Positions 10,513-21,652 are shown, counted from the first letter of the stretch. The stretch: 64,000 nt of DNA from Arcobacteraceae bacterium (GCA_965224485.1 CBDCZH010000015.1:1-64000), one strand, 5' to 3'. Made by a program: numbers and translations. Notes: generated from the letters alone by a model not told the origin.

Positions 10513-11613
10513 TTACTTCAATCTCACAAATTTAGAGTTTTTAACAGTAATTAAAAAATTATCTCTTTTAACATCACCAAATTTATCAAAAATTATATCT
10601 CCTTGCAAGGCTTCAAAAGTTCTTTCTTTTATAATAGAATCTTTTAATTTACTTATATCAGGATTTTTTAGCAATACTTTTATTAAAATTTGTACTGTTT
10701 CGTAACCTTGGGCTGCAAAAACAGAAGGTTCTTTTGAATATCTTTGTTTATACTTTTTTATAAAATCCAAATATGCTTTATTTTTTGAACTATCATCATA
10801 ACTAGTAAAGAAAATAACATTTTCAACTGCTTTACCACCATTACTTATAAAATCATTTGTTTTAGCCCAACCTGAGCATATTATTTTTTTATTTATTTTA
10901 TTAATTTTTAAATACTGTATTAACTTAGAAGAATCCATTGAATTTGCGATAATAAGAAGTACATTAGAATCTTTTTTTTTAATTAATTTTAATATATTTT
11001 CATAAGGCTGATTTATTTTAATTTTTGAAACAAAACCATGGTTTACAGTTTTTAACAAGGATTTTTCAAAATTAGAAGAAAAAGAGTTACTATATGCGAA
11101 ATTATCAACATCATATATAACTGCAATTTTTAATAAAGATTTTTTAAGTAAATATTTTGATAAAGTATCAAACATTGAGGAATTTTTTGCAACTTGTAAA
11201 CGTAAAAAGTTATCATCTATCCCAGAAAATTCATCAGAACTTGCAGTTGGTGAGATTAATAAAATATCTTTTTTATTTTTCACTTCTTCTAAAGATATTT
11301 TTGTCATAGAACTTGTTGAATTAGCAATAATAATTTTAACTTCATTTTTTATAAGTTCAGTAATATTTTTTTTTGCAATTTCTTCATTTTGTTTATCATC
11401 TCTTAGTATTAATTTAATGCTTTTATCATTAATTGTATAGTTTATCTCTTCTAAAGCTAAAGAAACCCCATTCTTTACAGAAATACCTAAGGATGAGTAT
11501 TTTCCACTTAAACCAGCAATAAAGCCAATTTTTATACTTTTTGAGTCATTATTCTTGTAAAAGATAAAAAGTATAAGAAGAATTATTGTTATTAGAAAAT
11601 ATAATTTTTTGAT
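10513..11613 (-). CDS. Periplasmic ligand-binding protein, branched-chain amino acid (type I PBP) family; probable ATC start
   Basis: Frame open 102 codons upstream of the ORF call: hydrophobic N-terminus, KIGFIAGLSGKYSSLG, RDDK; AGGAG 5 nt before ATC; LISPTASS and FDKFGDVKR motifs. Confidence 0.85.
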   Translation of the reverse strand: MKKLYFLITIILLILFIFYKNNDSKSIKIGFIAGLSGKYSSLGISVKNGVSLALEEINYTINDKSIKLILRDDKQNEEIAKKNITELIKNEVKIIIANSTSSMTKISLEEVKNKKDILLISPTASSDEFSGIDDNFLRLQVAKNSSMFDTLSKYLLKKSLLKIAVIYDVDNFAYSNSFSSNFEKSLLKTVNHGFVSKIKINQPYENILKLIKKKDSNVLLIIANSMDSSKLIQYLKINKINKKIICSGWAKTNDFISNGGKAVENVIFFTSYDDSSKNKAYLDFIKKYKQRYSKEPSVFAAQGYETVQILIKVLLKNPDISKLKDSIIKERTFEALQGDIIFDKFGDVKRDNFLITVKNSKFVRLK

Positions 11614-11680
11614 AAAAACTCCTTAATAATTAAATATTTAATGTTATTATATTTTTTTTTTGATAAAAGTAGGTTTAAAT

Positions 11681-12289
11681 ATGAAATTATGTGGAATTGA
11701 TGAAGCAGGAAGAGGACCACTAGCAGGTCCTTTAGTTGTAGCAGGTGTAATTATAAACGAAAAGATTGAAGGTTTAAATGATTCTAAGGTTTTAAGTGAG
11801 AAAAAAAGAGAAGCTTTATTTGATATTATTAAAAATAAAACTAAATATCATATTGTTTTTACTTCTGCTTTAGAACTTGATAAAAAAGGTCTTTCTAAAG
11901 CTTTAAAAGATTCAATTTTAGAAATAATGCAAAACTTGCAAGATAAAGATATAAAGTTTTTAATGGATGGAAATACATCTTTTGGAATAAGTTCTTTAGA
12001 ACATAAGATAAAAGCAGATGCAAGTGTACAAGAGGTAAGCGCAGCCTCAATTTTAGCAAAAGTAAGTAGAGATAGATATATGTATAAAATAGCGCCCCTA
12101 TACAAAAACTATAATTTTGAAAAACATAAGGGATATGGTACAAAAGCCCATGTAGAAAAAATTAAAGAATTTGGAAGATGTGAAGAACATAGATATAGTT
12201 TTAAACTAAAAGCTCTAGGTGAAGAAAAAATAAAAGATGAAAAACTTAAAAAAATTAAAATACAAGAATCTAATTTATTTAATCTATAA
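11681..12289 (+). CDS. rnhB: Ribonuclease HII
   Basis: GIDEAGRGPLAGP, NDSK, AASILAKVSRD, HKGYGT. Confidence 0.97.
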   Translation: MKLCGIDEAGRGPLAGPLVVAGVIINEKIEGLNDSKVLSEKKREALFDIIKNKTKYHIVFTSALELDKKGLSKALKDSILEIMQNLQDKDIKFLMDGNTSFGISSLEHKIKADASVQEVSAASILAKVSRDRYMYKIAPLYKNYNFEKHKGYGTKAHVEKIKEFGRCEEHRYSFKLKALGEEKIKDEKLKKIKIQESNLFNL

Positions 12290-12323
12290 AGCTTTATAGT
12301 TTTGTAGTTTTTAGTTTATAGTT

Positions 12324-12638
12324 TTATAATTTAACATCACCTATATGTCTTTGAATAGATTCAACCTTTGCTTTCATTCTATTATCATGGTTTTTACGAA
12401 TATCAAATTTTAACGTTGCAAAAACTCTATTACATCCTAAGCTTTCTAAAACCAAATAACACTTAGACGCAAGATTTAAAGCCTGGGACATGGTATTAGT
12501 TTCAATTATAGTTGCCATTGGCGTTAGTTGATACTCATATCCACTATCTCTAATTAAAGCTATAATTTGGGCAACATATTCACTCTTGCTCTCCCCATGA
12601 TCGGTTGGAAACATTGACATTTCTAATAAAACACTCAT
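12324..12638 (-). CDS. MTH1187/YkoF family thiamine-binding protein
   Basis: SKSEYVA, YQLTPMATIIE, RVFATLKFD, KVESI pattern. Confidence 0.85.
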   Translation of the reverse strand: MSVLLEMSMFPTDHGESKSEYVAQIIALIRDSGYEYQLTPMATIIETNTMSQALNLASKCYLVLESLGCNRVFATLKFDIRKNHDNRMKAKVESIQRHIGDVKL

Positions 12639-12959
12639 TTACTTCCTTTTATGAATTATTTTATTTAATAATAACATAATGAATAGTTTTTTTCATTTAA
12701 GGAAAAAATTTTATTTATTAATATATTATTAATTAATAGTAAAATTTACAAATATTTTAAAATCCCTTTAAATAGGAACAAAATTCTTAATTTTATCTAG
12801 TGTAAAAATTATTTATTAATTTATTTTCTTAAATTTTGTTAAAATTATCAAATTATTAAATTGGATTTAAATCATTCTAAGCTAAAATACTGATATTATT
12901 TATAAAATAAATCATTTTTTAAGTTATTAAATAATATCTTTAATAAATAACTATTTAAA

Positions 12960-14900
12960 GTGATTAATATGTTTTCAAATTTTAAAAAAACAAAGAACTA
13001 TACTAAAGAAGATTTAAAAAAAGAGTTATTAAAACCTGTCTTTAATCTTAATAATATTGAAGAAATATATAAATCTTATCCAAATATATCAGATACTAAT
13101 GAAAATATGGAATCACTTCTTCACTTATGTGTGAAAAAAAATCTTTATGAAGCTTGTAAGTGGTTACTTGAGAAAAAAATTGATATAAACATGCAAAATG
13201 ATGAAGAAATTACTGCTTTATTTTATACTGTTTATCTAAGAAATACTAATATTTTAAAACTTTTTATTGAATATAATGTAGATATTGATGAAGTAAATAA
13301 TTATAAAAGAACATTATTGCAAGAATCTGTAATAGTTTCAAATGCACGATTAGTTGATTTTTTACTTCCTTTAAGTAAAAACATCAATAACTGCGATATA
13401 TATGGAAATAATATAATCTTTGATGCTGTTGCAAATGGAAGTGAAAGTTTATTAAGAACAGTAGCTTCGATAAAAGGCGTTAATATTAATCAAGTTAATA
13501 AAGAGAATAAAACTATACTTCAAAAAGAAGCAGTATTAATAAATAATAAACTTGCAATGATTTTAATGGAACTAGGGGCAGATCCAACAATTATAGATCA
13601 AAATGGAAAAAACTTTTTATTTTATGCCGTTTCACAAGGTATTAAAAATGAAGAAATTATTGATAAAGCTATTTCTTTAGGCTGTAATATAAATTCAAGA
13701 AGCCAATTTAATACAAGCATATTAATTGAGTCAATTGATAATTATTTATTAGAAGAAGATACAAATAAAAAAAATGAACATCTGCAAATGTTAGAAAAGC
13801 TTTTATTAGCTGGTGTACAGATAAATGTTCTTGATGAAGATGGAGAGAGTGAATTTTTTAAAATAATTAGAAGTGAAGATGAAATACTAATAGATTTATT
13901 TCTTAAAATAAAAACAATTCCTAATGAAATTAACATTGATCAACAAAATAGCAAAGGTGAAACAATCTTAATGATAATGGCATTAAGAGGAATAAAAAGC
14001 ATTAAGTTTATTTCAAACCTTCTTACTTTAACAAATCCAAATATAAAAGATGAAAAAAACGAAACTGTAATTGTAAAACTACTTAATATTATTTTACATC
14101 TACAAAGTAAGAAAAAAATAGATATTCATTTAAAAAATCAAATTAATAAAAATGCAGAATACATATCAGTTCTAAAAGTTATTATTGAAAATACAAAAGC
14201 AGATTTAAGAGATTATGACCATAAAGGAAAACCACTCTTTTATTCTAGTATCTTATATTTTAATTTTCCATTATTTGTAATATTAAAAAGTTTTGGTGCA
14301 AATATAAATCAAAACGATAAAGAAGGTCATAATATAATTTATAATATTTTAGAGCATTATGAAAAAAATGAAGATACATCTTCAAATACAAAAGAAATTT
14401 ACTTAGAAACCTTACAAAATTTAATAAACTTAAAAGTAGATATCAACCAAAAAGATGATAAGGGTGGAACTGCCTTACATAAAGCAGTTAGTGGAAACTG
14501 TGAATATACAGTTAAAACCTTACTTGAAGCTAAACCTGACTTTTATGCTGTTGATAAACAAGGACGAAGTGTAATCCATGCCTGTATCTGGAAAGACACT
14601 TCAAGGTATTTTAAATTAATACATTCTTATAATAAGGAAGTAATAAATATAGCTGATTCTTATGGAATTAGACCTATTAATTATGCTGCTTTTATGGGAA
14701 AAAATGAACTAGTTCTTGATATGTTAAAAGCAGGAGCACTAATCAACAATGAAAATAAAATTGATGAAAAAATGCTTAAATTTTTTGAAAAATTCCATAA
14801 AAATATAAAAGATTTAGTAGAACTAGATGATAATAGAGCAAATAAATTAAACTTAAATCTTTTATTATCATCAATGAAGAAAGAATTTAATATTAAATGA
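12960..14900 (+). CDS. Ankyrin-repeat protein
   Basis: Many DxxGxTxLH-type repeats (DINQKDDKGGTALHKAV, DSYGIRPINYAA, NMQNDEEITALFY). Confidence 0.88.
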   Translation: MINMFSNFKKTKNYTKEDLKKELLKPVFNLNNIEEIYKSYPNISDTNENMESLLHLCVKKNLYEACKWLLEKKIDINMQNDEEITALFYTVYLRNTNILKLFIEYNVDIDEVNNYKRTLLQESVIVSNARLVDFLLPLSKNINNCDIYGNNIIFDAVANGSESLLRTVASIKGVNINQVNKENKTILQKEAVLINNKLAMILMELGADPTIIDQNGKNFLFYAVSQGIKNEEIIDKAISLGCNINSRSQFNTSILIESIDNYLLEEDTNKKNEHLQMLEKLLLAGVQINVLDEDGESEFFKIIRSEDEILIDLFLKIKTIPNEINIDQQNSKGETILMIMALRGIKSIKFISNLLTLTNPNIKDEKNETVIVKLLNIILHLQSKKKIDIHLKNQINKNAEYISVLKVIIENTKADLRDYDHKGKPLFYSSILYFNFPLFVILKSFGANINQNDKEGHNIIYNILEHYEKNEDTSSNTKEIYLETLQNLINLKVDINQKDDKGGTALHKAVSGNCEYTVKTLLEAKPDFYAVDKQGRSVIHACIWKDTSRYFKLIHSYNKEVINIADSYGIRPINYAAFMGKNELVLDMLKAGALINNENKIDEKMLKFFEKFHKNIKDLVELDDNRANKLNLNLLLSSMKKEFNIK

Positions 14901-15003
14901 TATTTAATATTAAAATATATAATTTTTATAAAATAATTGGGAAAATTTATATAAAATAAATAAATAATTTGATATATTTTTAATACAAAACTAATAAGGA
15001 AAA

Positions 15004-15345
15004 ATGATGCAAATTGAAATGACAGCAGAAGTAGTATTATCTCAACTTGGATATACAAAAAGCGAAAATTCTTTAAAACAAGCAGAATTAATGATAGTAA
15101 ATACAAAAAATTTTAATAAATTTGCTAAGCATATTATTTCTTTAAATGACCATTTAAAGAAAATGAATGCTTATGTAGGTTTATCGAATAAAACTGATTA
15201 TTTAAAAATAAAATGTGATGAAAACGATGCTAAAGAAATTTTAGAAGAATTTAATGAAGAAGTTCTACATTGGGCAAGTAAATACAATATAGAACTAAAA
15301 AAACTAAATGACAAGTCAATCTATTATATTTTAGGAACTATTTAA
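15004..15345 (+). CDS. Hypothetical protein
   Basis: 113-aa ORF with AAGGA ribosome-binding site; no motif recognised. Confidence 0.75.
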   Translation: MMQIEMTAEVVLSQLGYTKSENSLKQAELMIVNTKNFNKFAKHIISLNDHLKKMNAYVGLSNKTDYLKIKCDENDAKEILEEFNEEVLHWASKYNIELKKLNDKSIYYILGTI

Positions 15346-16195
15346 AAATCTTTTTATACGTATGACAATAAGGCATCGTTTGGTGCCTATTGTAATAATC
15401 TTGATGATAAGCTTCTGCTTCATAAAAAGAGTCAAGCTCATATAAACAAGTAGCTACTTGATAATCTAAACCCTCTAAAGTATCAATTAATTTTAAAGCC
15501 GTATTCTTTTCTTCACTATTATCATAAAAAATAGCTGATAAATATTGTGATCCTATATCTGGTCCTTGACCATTTGTTTGAGTAAAATCATGAATTTCAA
15601 AAAATAGTTTTGTCAAAGTTTCGTAACTTATCTCATTTTTATCATATTGAACTTTTACAAGTTCTAAATGTCCTGTTAAACCTGTACAAATGCTTTCATA
15701 ACTTGGATTAGTAGTATGTCCACCCATATAACCAGATTTTACTTTTTTAACACCTTTTTGCTTCTTAAAATAATACTCAACTCCCCAAAAACAACCAGCT
15801 GCAAAATATGCAAAAGAGTTATTTATTGATGAATCATCTGTTTGATTTTTTCTAAAGTTTAGAGAAATAGAATTTACACAATGTCTTGTATTTTTTGAAG
15901 AAAAATTTTCACCTTCAAAAACATGACCTAAGTGAGCATTACAAGAAGAACAAACAATTTCAACCCTATGTCCATCAATATCAGGAACTCTTTTAATTTT
16001 TCCTAAATCATCATCAAAACTAGGCCAGCCACAAGATGAGGAAAACTTATCATTTGAACTATATAACTCTTTTGAGCATTTTTTACAAGTATAAATACCT
16101 TCTTCATAAAAATCATTATATTTACCAGAAAAAGGAGCTTCTGTTCCTTTATTCTCAATTACTCTTTTTTCTTCATCACTTAATTTATTAGTCAT
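15338..16195 (-). CDS. msrBA: Bifunctional methionine sulfoxide reductase MsrB/MsrA
   Basis: GTEAPF, CGWPSF, HLGHVF, RHCVNS (MsrB) followed by GCFWG and AEAYHQDY (MsrA). Confidence 0.95.
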   Translation of the reverse strand: MTNKLSDEEKRVIENKGTEAPFSGKYNDFYEEGIYTCKKCSKELYSSNDKFSSSCGWPSFDDDLGKIKRVPDIDGHRVEIVCSSCNAHLGHVFEGENFSSKNTRHCVNSISLNFRKNQTDDSSINNSFAYFAAGCFWGVEYYFKKQKGVKKVKSGYMGGHTTNPSYESICTGLTGHLELVKVQYDKNEISYETLTKLFFEIHDFTQTNGQGPDIGSQYLSAIFYDNSEEKNTALKLIDTLEGLDYQVATCLYELDSFYEAEAYHQDYYNRHQTMPYCHTYKKIFK

Positions 16196-16300
16196 ATTCT
16201 CTCTTTTTATCAATAATAATATTTTAACTAAAGAAAAAGAAATGAGAATAAATTATAATTATAGTTTTTATTCTTAAGTTGAATACTTGAGTATTAAAAC

Positions 16301-16915
16301 TTATTGTACTAAAAATTCTTTTTCTATTAATATTTTATTTTTATATAAAATTTTTCCTAAAAAAACATCACCTTTTTCAAAAGTCCCAACACCTTTTGGA
16401 GTTCCACTCATAAGAATATCACCATCTTCAAAAGAACTAAAAGTTAAATACTCTTTAATTATCTCTTCTGGTTTATTTATCATCAAAGAAATATTTGCTT
16501 TTTGTTTAAGTTTTTTATTTATATATAGTTCTAATTCTAAATCATGTAAATTTTGCTTAAAAGAAACAAAAGGTGAGAATACAGCAGAACCATCAAAAGA
16601 TTTAGCCCTCTCCCAAGGTAAAGCTTTCTTTTTTAATTCACTTTGTTTTTCTCTAAGAGTTAAATCTAAACCAAAAGCAAGAGCTGTAATTTTATTATTG
16701 TTTATTAAAAAAGAAAATTCAGCTTCATAATGGCAAGTTGTATTATTTTTAGGAAAAATTAAAGTAGAAGATAAACAAGAGTTCACTTTATTAAAAAAAA
16801 CCATCTCTTTTGGAACTTCATTATTAAGCTCAACAATATGCTCAACATAATTTCTTCCAATACAAACTATCTTTGAAGGAATAATTTTTTTACCGTCTTG
16901 TAATATTGATTTCAT
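16301..16915 (-). CDS. Fumarylacetoacetate hydrolase family protein
   Basis: KIVCIGRNYVEH, HYEAE, LDLTLR, PWERAKSFD, GDILMSGTPKGVG. Confidence 0.93.
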   Translation of the reverse strand: MKSILQDGKKIIPSKIVCIGRNYVEHIVELNNEVPKEMVFFNKVNSCLSSTLIFPKNNTTCHYEAEFSFLINNNKITALAFGLDLTLREKQSELKKKALPWERAKSFDGSAVFSPFVSFKQNLHDLELELYINKKLKQKANISLMINKPEEIIKEYLTFSSFEDGDILMSGTPKGVGTFEKGDVFLGKILYKNKILIEKEFLVQ

Positions 16916-16995
16916 AAAAAACCTTTAATTTTTTATTATATTCTACTAAAAAAAGGTTAAAATATATAAATAAACCTGCTAATTTTGCATATTTA

Positions 16996-18120
16996 TTATT
17001 TAAAAGGTAAGGTAAGAGTGAATAAAGCACCCGTACAGTCAATATTATTATAGATGTAAGAAGAATTTTCTACTTCTATTTTTCCAGACATATGTTTAGT
17101 AATAATTTCATTTGCTATATATAAACCAAGTCCTGTACCTTGTGACTCATGTTTTGTTGTAAAATAAGGTTCAAATACTTTTGTTAAAATATCATTTTTT
17201 ATTCCACCAGCATTATCTTTTATTTTAATAATTACCATATTACTATCATCTACATAAGCATCTAGAAATATTAATTTTTCATAAATAACATCATCTAAAG
17301 CATGAGAAGCATTAGTAAAAAGATTTATTAAAATTTGAATTAATTCATTTTCATAAATATATAAACTTATATCATCTTGTATATTTTTAATAATCTTAAT
17401 TTCCGCATTATCGTATAAAACTTTAACCAAAGAAATACTTTTATTTAATAATGTAGGTAAAGTATATTCAAGTTTTTCAGCATCTTTTTTAAAAAATGTT
17501 CTAAAGTCATCAATGATTCTAGAAAGATATTTTGTAATTTCAATGATATTTTCTAACTCTTTATCTAAATCATTAGAAGTTAAATTATCAATGCTTTTTT
17601 TTAGAATAATACCACTTGCTGTTGTACTAATTGCACTTAAAGGCTGTCTCCATTGATGTGAAATATTTGAAATCATATCTCCTAAAGCTGCCATTTTAGC
17701 TTGTTGAAACATTAACTGGTCTTTTTTTCTATTTTTTATAACTTCATTATGAAGTTTTGAATATAAGGTAATTCTATTTATAAATAAGTTTTCATCAATT
17801 GGTTTAGTCAAATAATCAACAGCACCTAAGGCAAATCCCTTATTTATAAACTCTTCTGCTTTAAAAATAGCAGTTAAAAAAATTATAGAAATATGTTTTG
17901 TTTGATTATTTGATTTTATTAATTCAGCAACTTCAAAACCATCCATTGTTGGCATTTGCACATCTAAAAGAATTAAATCAATTTCATTTATTAAAACTTT
18001 TTCTAAGGCTTCTTCTCCACTATTTGCTTCAATAAGCACAAAAGAGCTATCAATATCTTCTAAAAGTGCCCGTAATGAGATTAAATTTGTTTTAACATCA
18101 TCTACAATTAATATTTTCAT
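16996..18120 (-). CDS. Hybrid response regulator / histidine kinase (REC-HisKA-HATPase)
   Basis: KILIVDD..LLDVQMP receiver; ISHQWRQPLS; GTGLGL. Confidence 0.92.
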   Translation of the reverse strand: MKILIVDDVKTNLISLRALLEDIDSSFVLIEANSGEEALEKVLINEIDLILLDVQMPTMDGFEVAELIKSNNQTKHISIIFLTAIFKAEEFINKGFALGAVDYLTKPIDENLFINRITLYSKLHNEVIKNRKKDQLMFQQAKMAALGDMISNISHQWRQPLSAISTTASGIILKKSIDNLTSNDLDKELENIIEITKYLSRIIDDFRTFFKKDAEKLEYTLPTLLNKSISLVKVLYDNAEIKIIKNIQDDISLYIYENELIQILINLFTNASHALDDVIYEKLIFLDAYVDDSNMVIIKIKDNAGGIKNDILTKVFEPYFTTKHESQGTGLGLYIANEIITKHMSGKIEVENSSYIYNNIDCTGALFTLTLPFK

Positions 18121-18121
18121 T

Positions 18122-21100
18122 TTAACTTCCTTCTTCTATATGCTTTAAAAGTGTTTGAACTAAAACTTCTAAATCAATTGGTTTTGTTATATAATCATCA
18201 GCACCAAGAGAAAATGCTTTTTCTTTATCTTTTTTTGTCACTTTTGCACTTAAAGCAATAAGTGCTTTATTTTCCAAAAGTTTTTCTTCTTTTATTATTT
18301 TAATTGCTTCATAACCATCCATAATAGGCATCATAATATCCATAAGAACGATATCAAGATTATTATTACTTTTGATAATAGAAATAGCTTCTTTTCCATT
18401 TTTAGCATGAAATACATTCATGTCATACTCTTGTAATGCTGTACTTAAAACAAATATATTTTTCATATCATCATCTACAATTAATATATTTTTATTACTT
18501 AATTTAGAAGTTTTTACATTCTCTTTTTTATGTAAAGTTTTCATAGACTTTTCATTTTCATTACTTAATTTATCAGAACTAGAAAAAACTTTATTTTTAT
18601 CTTTTTTATAATCACTTTGTAAATTTGGTAAATATATTGTAAAAGTTGAACCCTTATCTTTAATTGAAGATAATTCAATTTTTGCTTTCATTAAAGAGCA
18701 TAATTCTTTAGAAATAGATAAACCTAAACCAGTTCCACCATACTCTCTACTTGTACTACCATCAGCTTGAATAAAAGCTTTAAAAATAAGATCTTGTTTA
18801 TTTTTATCAATACCAATACCAGTATCACTAACAGATATTTTTATGGGATATTTATTATCATTATTTTGCTCGATTTTTAATAAAACGGTTCCCTCTTTTG
18901 TAAATTTAAAAGCATTAGAAATAAGATTTTTTATAACTTGAGATAATCTATCTTTATCATTATAGAACTTGTAATTTAATCTATCTTCAACTTTAAAAAT
19001 TAGGTTCTTTTCAATAGCAATATCTTCAAACATATCTTTATGCGATTTTAAAAATAAAGAAGAATCAATTGAATCAATAATTAAAGTCATTTTTCCAGCT
19101 TCAACTTTAGAAAGGTCTAAAATATCATCAATTAAACGTAATAATTCTTTTCCTGATTTATTTATTACACTTGCTTTTTGAATATCTTTAGTATTCAAAT
19201 TATCTAAGTTGTTTTTTTGTAATAAAGAAGATAATAAAATTATAGCATTTAAGGGAGTTCTTAATTCATGGCTCATATTTGCTAAAAACTCAGACTTATA
19301 TGTATTAGATTTATTTAATTCTTTAGCTCTATTTTGTATTTCAACTTTTGCAATTTCAAGTTTATCATTTTGATCTTTTAGACTATTAGCTTGGTCTTCT
19401 AGAAGTAACGCTTGGCTTTCCATTTGTGTATTTGTTTTTTTAAGTTCTAATGAACTTATTTGTAACTCTTCATATGAAATTTGTGATTCTGCTAATAAGC
19501 TCTTTATTCTTAAATTTTGAATTGTATTATAAAAAATATTTGCTAAAATATGAGAAACTTTTAATATATAATCTTTTTCTAAAGAAGTAAATTCTCTAAT
19601 ATTAGCTAACTCAATTACTGCAAATAACTCCTCATCTTTTATAATTGGCACAGTATAAGTTTGATTTGGCACAATTGAGCTAATTCCACTTTGAACCTTA
19701 TACTTAGAATTTTTAAAATAATTCATCAAAATGGCTTTTCTCTCAATTGCTACTTGTCCTATTAAACCTTCACCTAAGTTAAAACTTTCAAGCTCTTTTT
19801 GTCTTACAAAAGAATAAGTAGCTTCTAAATTAAGTTTTTTATTAAAATCATCATAAATATATAAAACTCCTAAAGAAGTAGAAATATATCTAGAAATCAA
19901 ACTTATAGCTTTTGTTGATAGTTCATGAATAGAATCAAGATATCTTAATTCATCATTGAATTTACTAATTCCTTCACTAAACCAAAATTCTTCTTTATTT
20001 TTTTCAATATTAGTATTTAATTTTTTTGTCATTAATAAAAGTGATTTACCTAAATCATCATCTTTAGATCTTTGCTCAATTTTTTGTGAAAAATCATCAT
20101 GAGAAATAGCATTTGCTTGAAGCATAACAGTTTTTAAATAAGAAGTCATTCCTAAAACTGCTTCACCTAGTCTATCTTTATCACTTTTAACTATATATTT
20201 TACGTTTAAATTACCCAAAGAAATAGATTCAGCAACTCTGGTAATGTTTTCTAAGTATTTAACCATCTGAACTAAAGCATTTGCTAATTTATCATCATTA
20301 CTTTTAAGGGTAACTTGTACATCATAATTACCTCTGGAGAGTTCATCAGCTAAAGAAGCAACTTCACTTAATCTTTGGGTCATATTCTTAATAGCAAGAC
20401 CTAATTTATCATTTTTTCCTAAAAGAGTAATCTTTTGAGTAAAATCTCCATTTGCAACAGCTTGGGTTTGAATAATATTCATCATCATAGCTTTAGATAG
20501 AATTTTTGTAGATATTACTAAATCACCTATTTCATCTTTTGCGGTATATTTTATCTCTTTATCATTAATTTCCCCAATAGATAAAAGTCTTAGCTGTTGC
20601 GCTACATCTTTTAGGGGAGCAGTGATTTTATTTAAATATTTTGTAACTATAAAATAACCAATTATTAAAATAAGTAAAGTGATAATTAAAAAATATTTTT
20701 TAAATGTTTTTAGCTCTTTAAGAGCATCACTATTATTAATTTTTGAAATAACATATAAAAATTCATTAGTCTTTTTAGCATAAGTATGCATTCTTTTATA
20801 AGCAAAAATATTATCATCTCTCATAAAAGAATCACTATCTTTTGTAAAGTTATTAAGTAAAAAAGGAAAATCTTTATTAAAGTTTGCTCCATGTTTTAAC
20901 TGTTTCGCCCAAAGTTTAGTGTTATCATTATTATAAATATAATTTCCATTCTTATCTACTAAATAATAACTTATATCATGTTCATTATTTTTATGTAAAT
21001 TATAAAATAAATCTAAAAAATTATAAGCAAAAATGTTTACAACAAAAGTACCGTGTCTCTCTCCATTATTATCAATAATAGGAGTTGCATATCTAATAAC

Positions 21101-21652
21101 AGGAATATAAGGAACTTCTATTTTATTATTTTCTTCATTTAAATTAACAGATGAAATATAAAACTCACCTTTTTCTAAATCTTTACTTTTTATATAATAA
21201 TCTTTTCTTGACTTGTCTTGTAGCATATTTGAAGGAGTTTTAATAGCTTTTTTACTTAATAAATCATAAGTAAAAGCCATTGTTTCAAAACCACTATTAT
21301 TAATAATTCTAACCTTATAATATGTTTGTCTTTTTTGCATAAAATCTAACAAGGCATCTGAAAAAAGTAGCTCCCATTTTTTAACCTTACTTTTTTCACC
21401 AATTGATTTCCAAATAAAATATCTTTGTAAAGCATAAAAGTTTGCAAAATATTTTGAATCTTTTGGAACAATTGATAGTTTTTCTTCTATATAAATAGTT
21501 AAAGTATTAGCCTTATTTTTACTTAAGGTAAGTGCTGAGTTAATATAAGAGTTTGAAGCACTTGAAAATCCCATATACCCGATACTTGTTACTGTTAAAA
21601 TAATAACTAAAATATATAATAAAAATATTTTATTTTTAATTGATAAATTCAT
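18122..21652 (-). CDS. Hybrid sensor kinase (Cache, tandem HAMP, GAF, HisKA, HATPase, REC)
   Basis: FLANMSHELRTPLN, GGTGLGL, C-terminal receiver, repeated DKLG/DRLG HAMP units, GEGLIGQVA GAF motif. Confidence 0.93.
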   Translation of the reverse strand: MNLSIKNKIFLLYILVIILTVTSIGYMGFSSASNSYINSALTLSKNKANTLTIYIEEKLSIVPKDSKYFANFYALQRYFIWKSIGEKSKVKKWELLFSDALLDFMQKRQTYYKVRIINNSGFETMAFTYDLLSKKAIKTPSNMLQDKSRKDYYIKSKDLEKGEFYISSVNLNEENNKIEVPYIPVIRYATPIIDNNGERHGTFVVNIFAYNFLDLFYNLHKNNEHDISYYLVDKNGNYIYNNDNTKLWAKQLKHGANFNKDFPFLLNNFTKDSDSFMRDDNIFAYKRMHTYAKKTNEFLYVISKINNSDALKELKTFKKYFLIITLLILIIGYFIVTKYLNKITAPLKDVAQQLRLLSIGEINDKEIKYTAKDEIGDLVISTKILSKAMMMNIIQTQAVANGDFTQKITLLGKNDKLGLAIKNMTQRLSEVASLADELSRGNYDVQVTLKSNDDKLANALVQMVKYLENITRVAESISLGNLNVKYIVKSDKDRLGEAVLGMTSYLKTVMLQANAISHDDFSQKIEQRSKDDDLGKSLLLMTKKLNTNIEKNKEEFWFSEGISKFNDELRYLDSIHELSTKAISLISRYISTSLGVLYIYDDFNKKLNLEATYSFVRQKELESFNLGEGLIGQVAIERKAILMNYFKNSKYKVQSGISSIVPNQTYTVPIIKDEELFAVIELANIREFTSLEKDYILKVSHILANIFYNTIQNLRIKSLLAESQISYEELQISSLELKKTNTQMESQALLLEDQANSLKDQNDKLEIAKVEIQNRAKELNKSNTYKSEFLANMSHELRTPLNAIILLSSLLQKNNLDNLNTKDIQKASVINKSGKELLRLIDDILDLSKVEAGKMTLIIDSIDSSLFLKSHKDMFEDIAIEKNLIFKVEDRLNYKFYNDKDRLSQVIKNLISNAFKFTKEGTVLLKIEQNNDNKYPIKISVSDTGIGIDKNKQDLIFKAFIQADGSTSREYGGTGLGLSISKELCSLMKAKIELSSIKDKGSTFTIYLPNLQSDYKKDKNKVFSSSDKLSNENEKSMKTLHKKENVKTSKLSNKNILIVDDDMKNIFVLSTALQEYDMNVFHAKNGKEAISIIKSNNNLDIVLMDIMMPIMDGYEAIKIIKEEKLLENKALIALSAKVTKKDKEKAFSLGADDYITKPIDLEVLVQTLLKHIEEGS

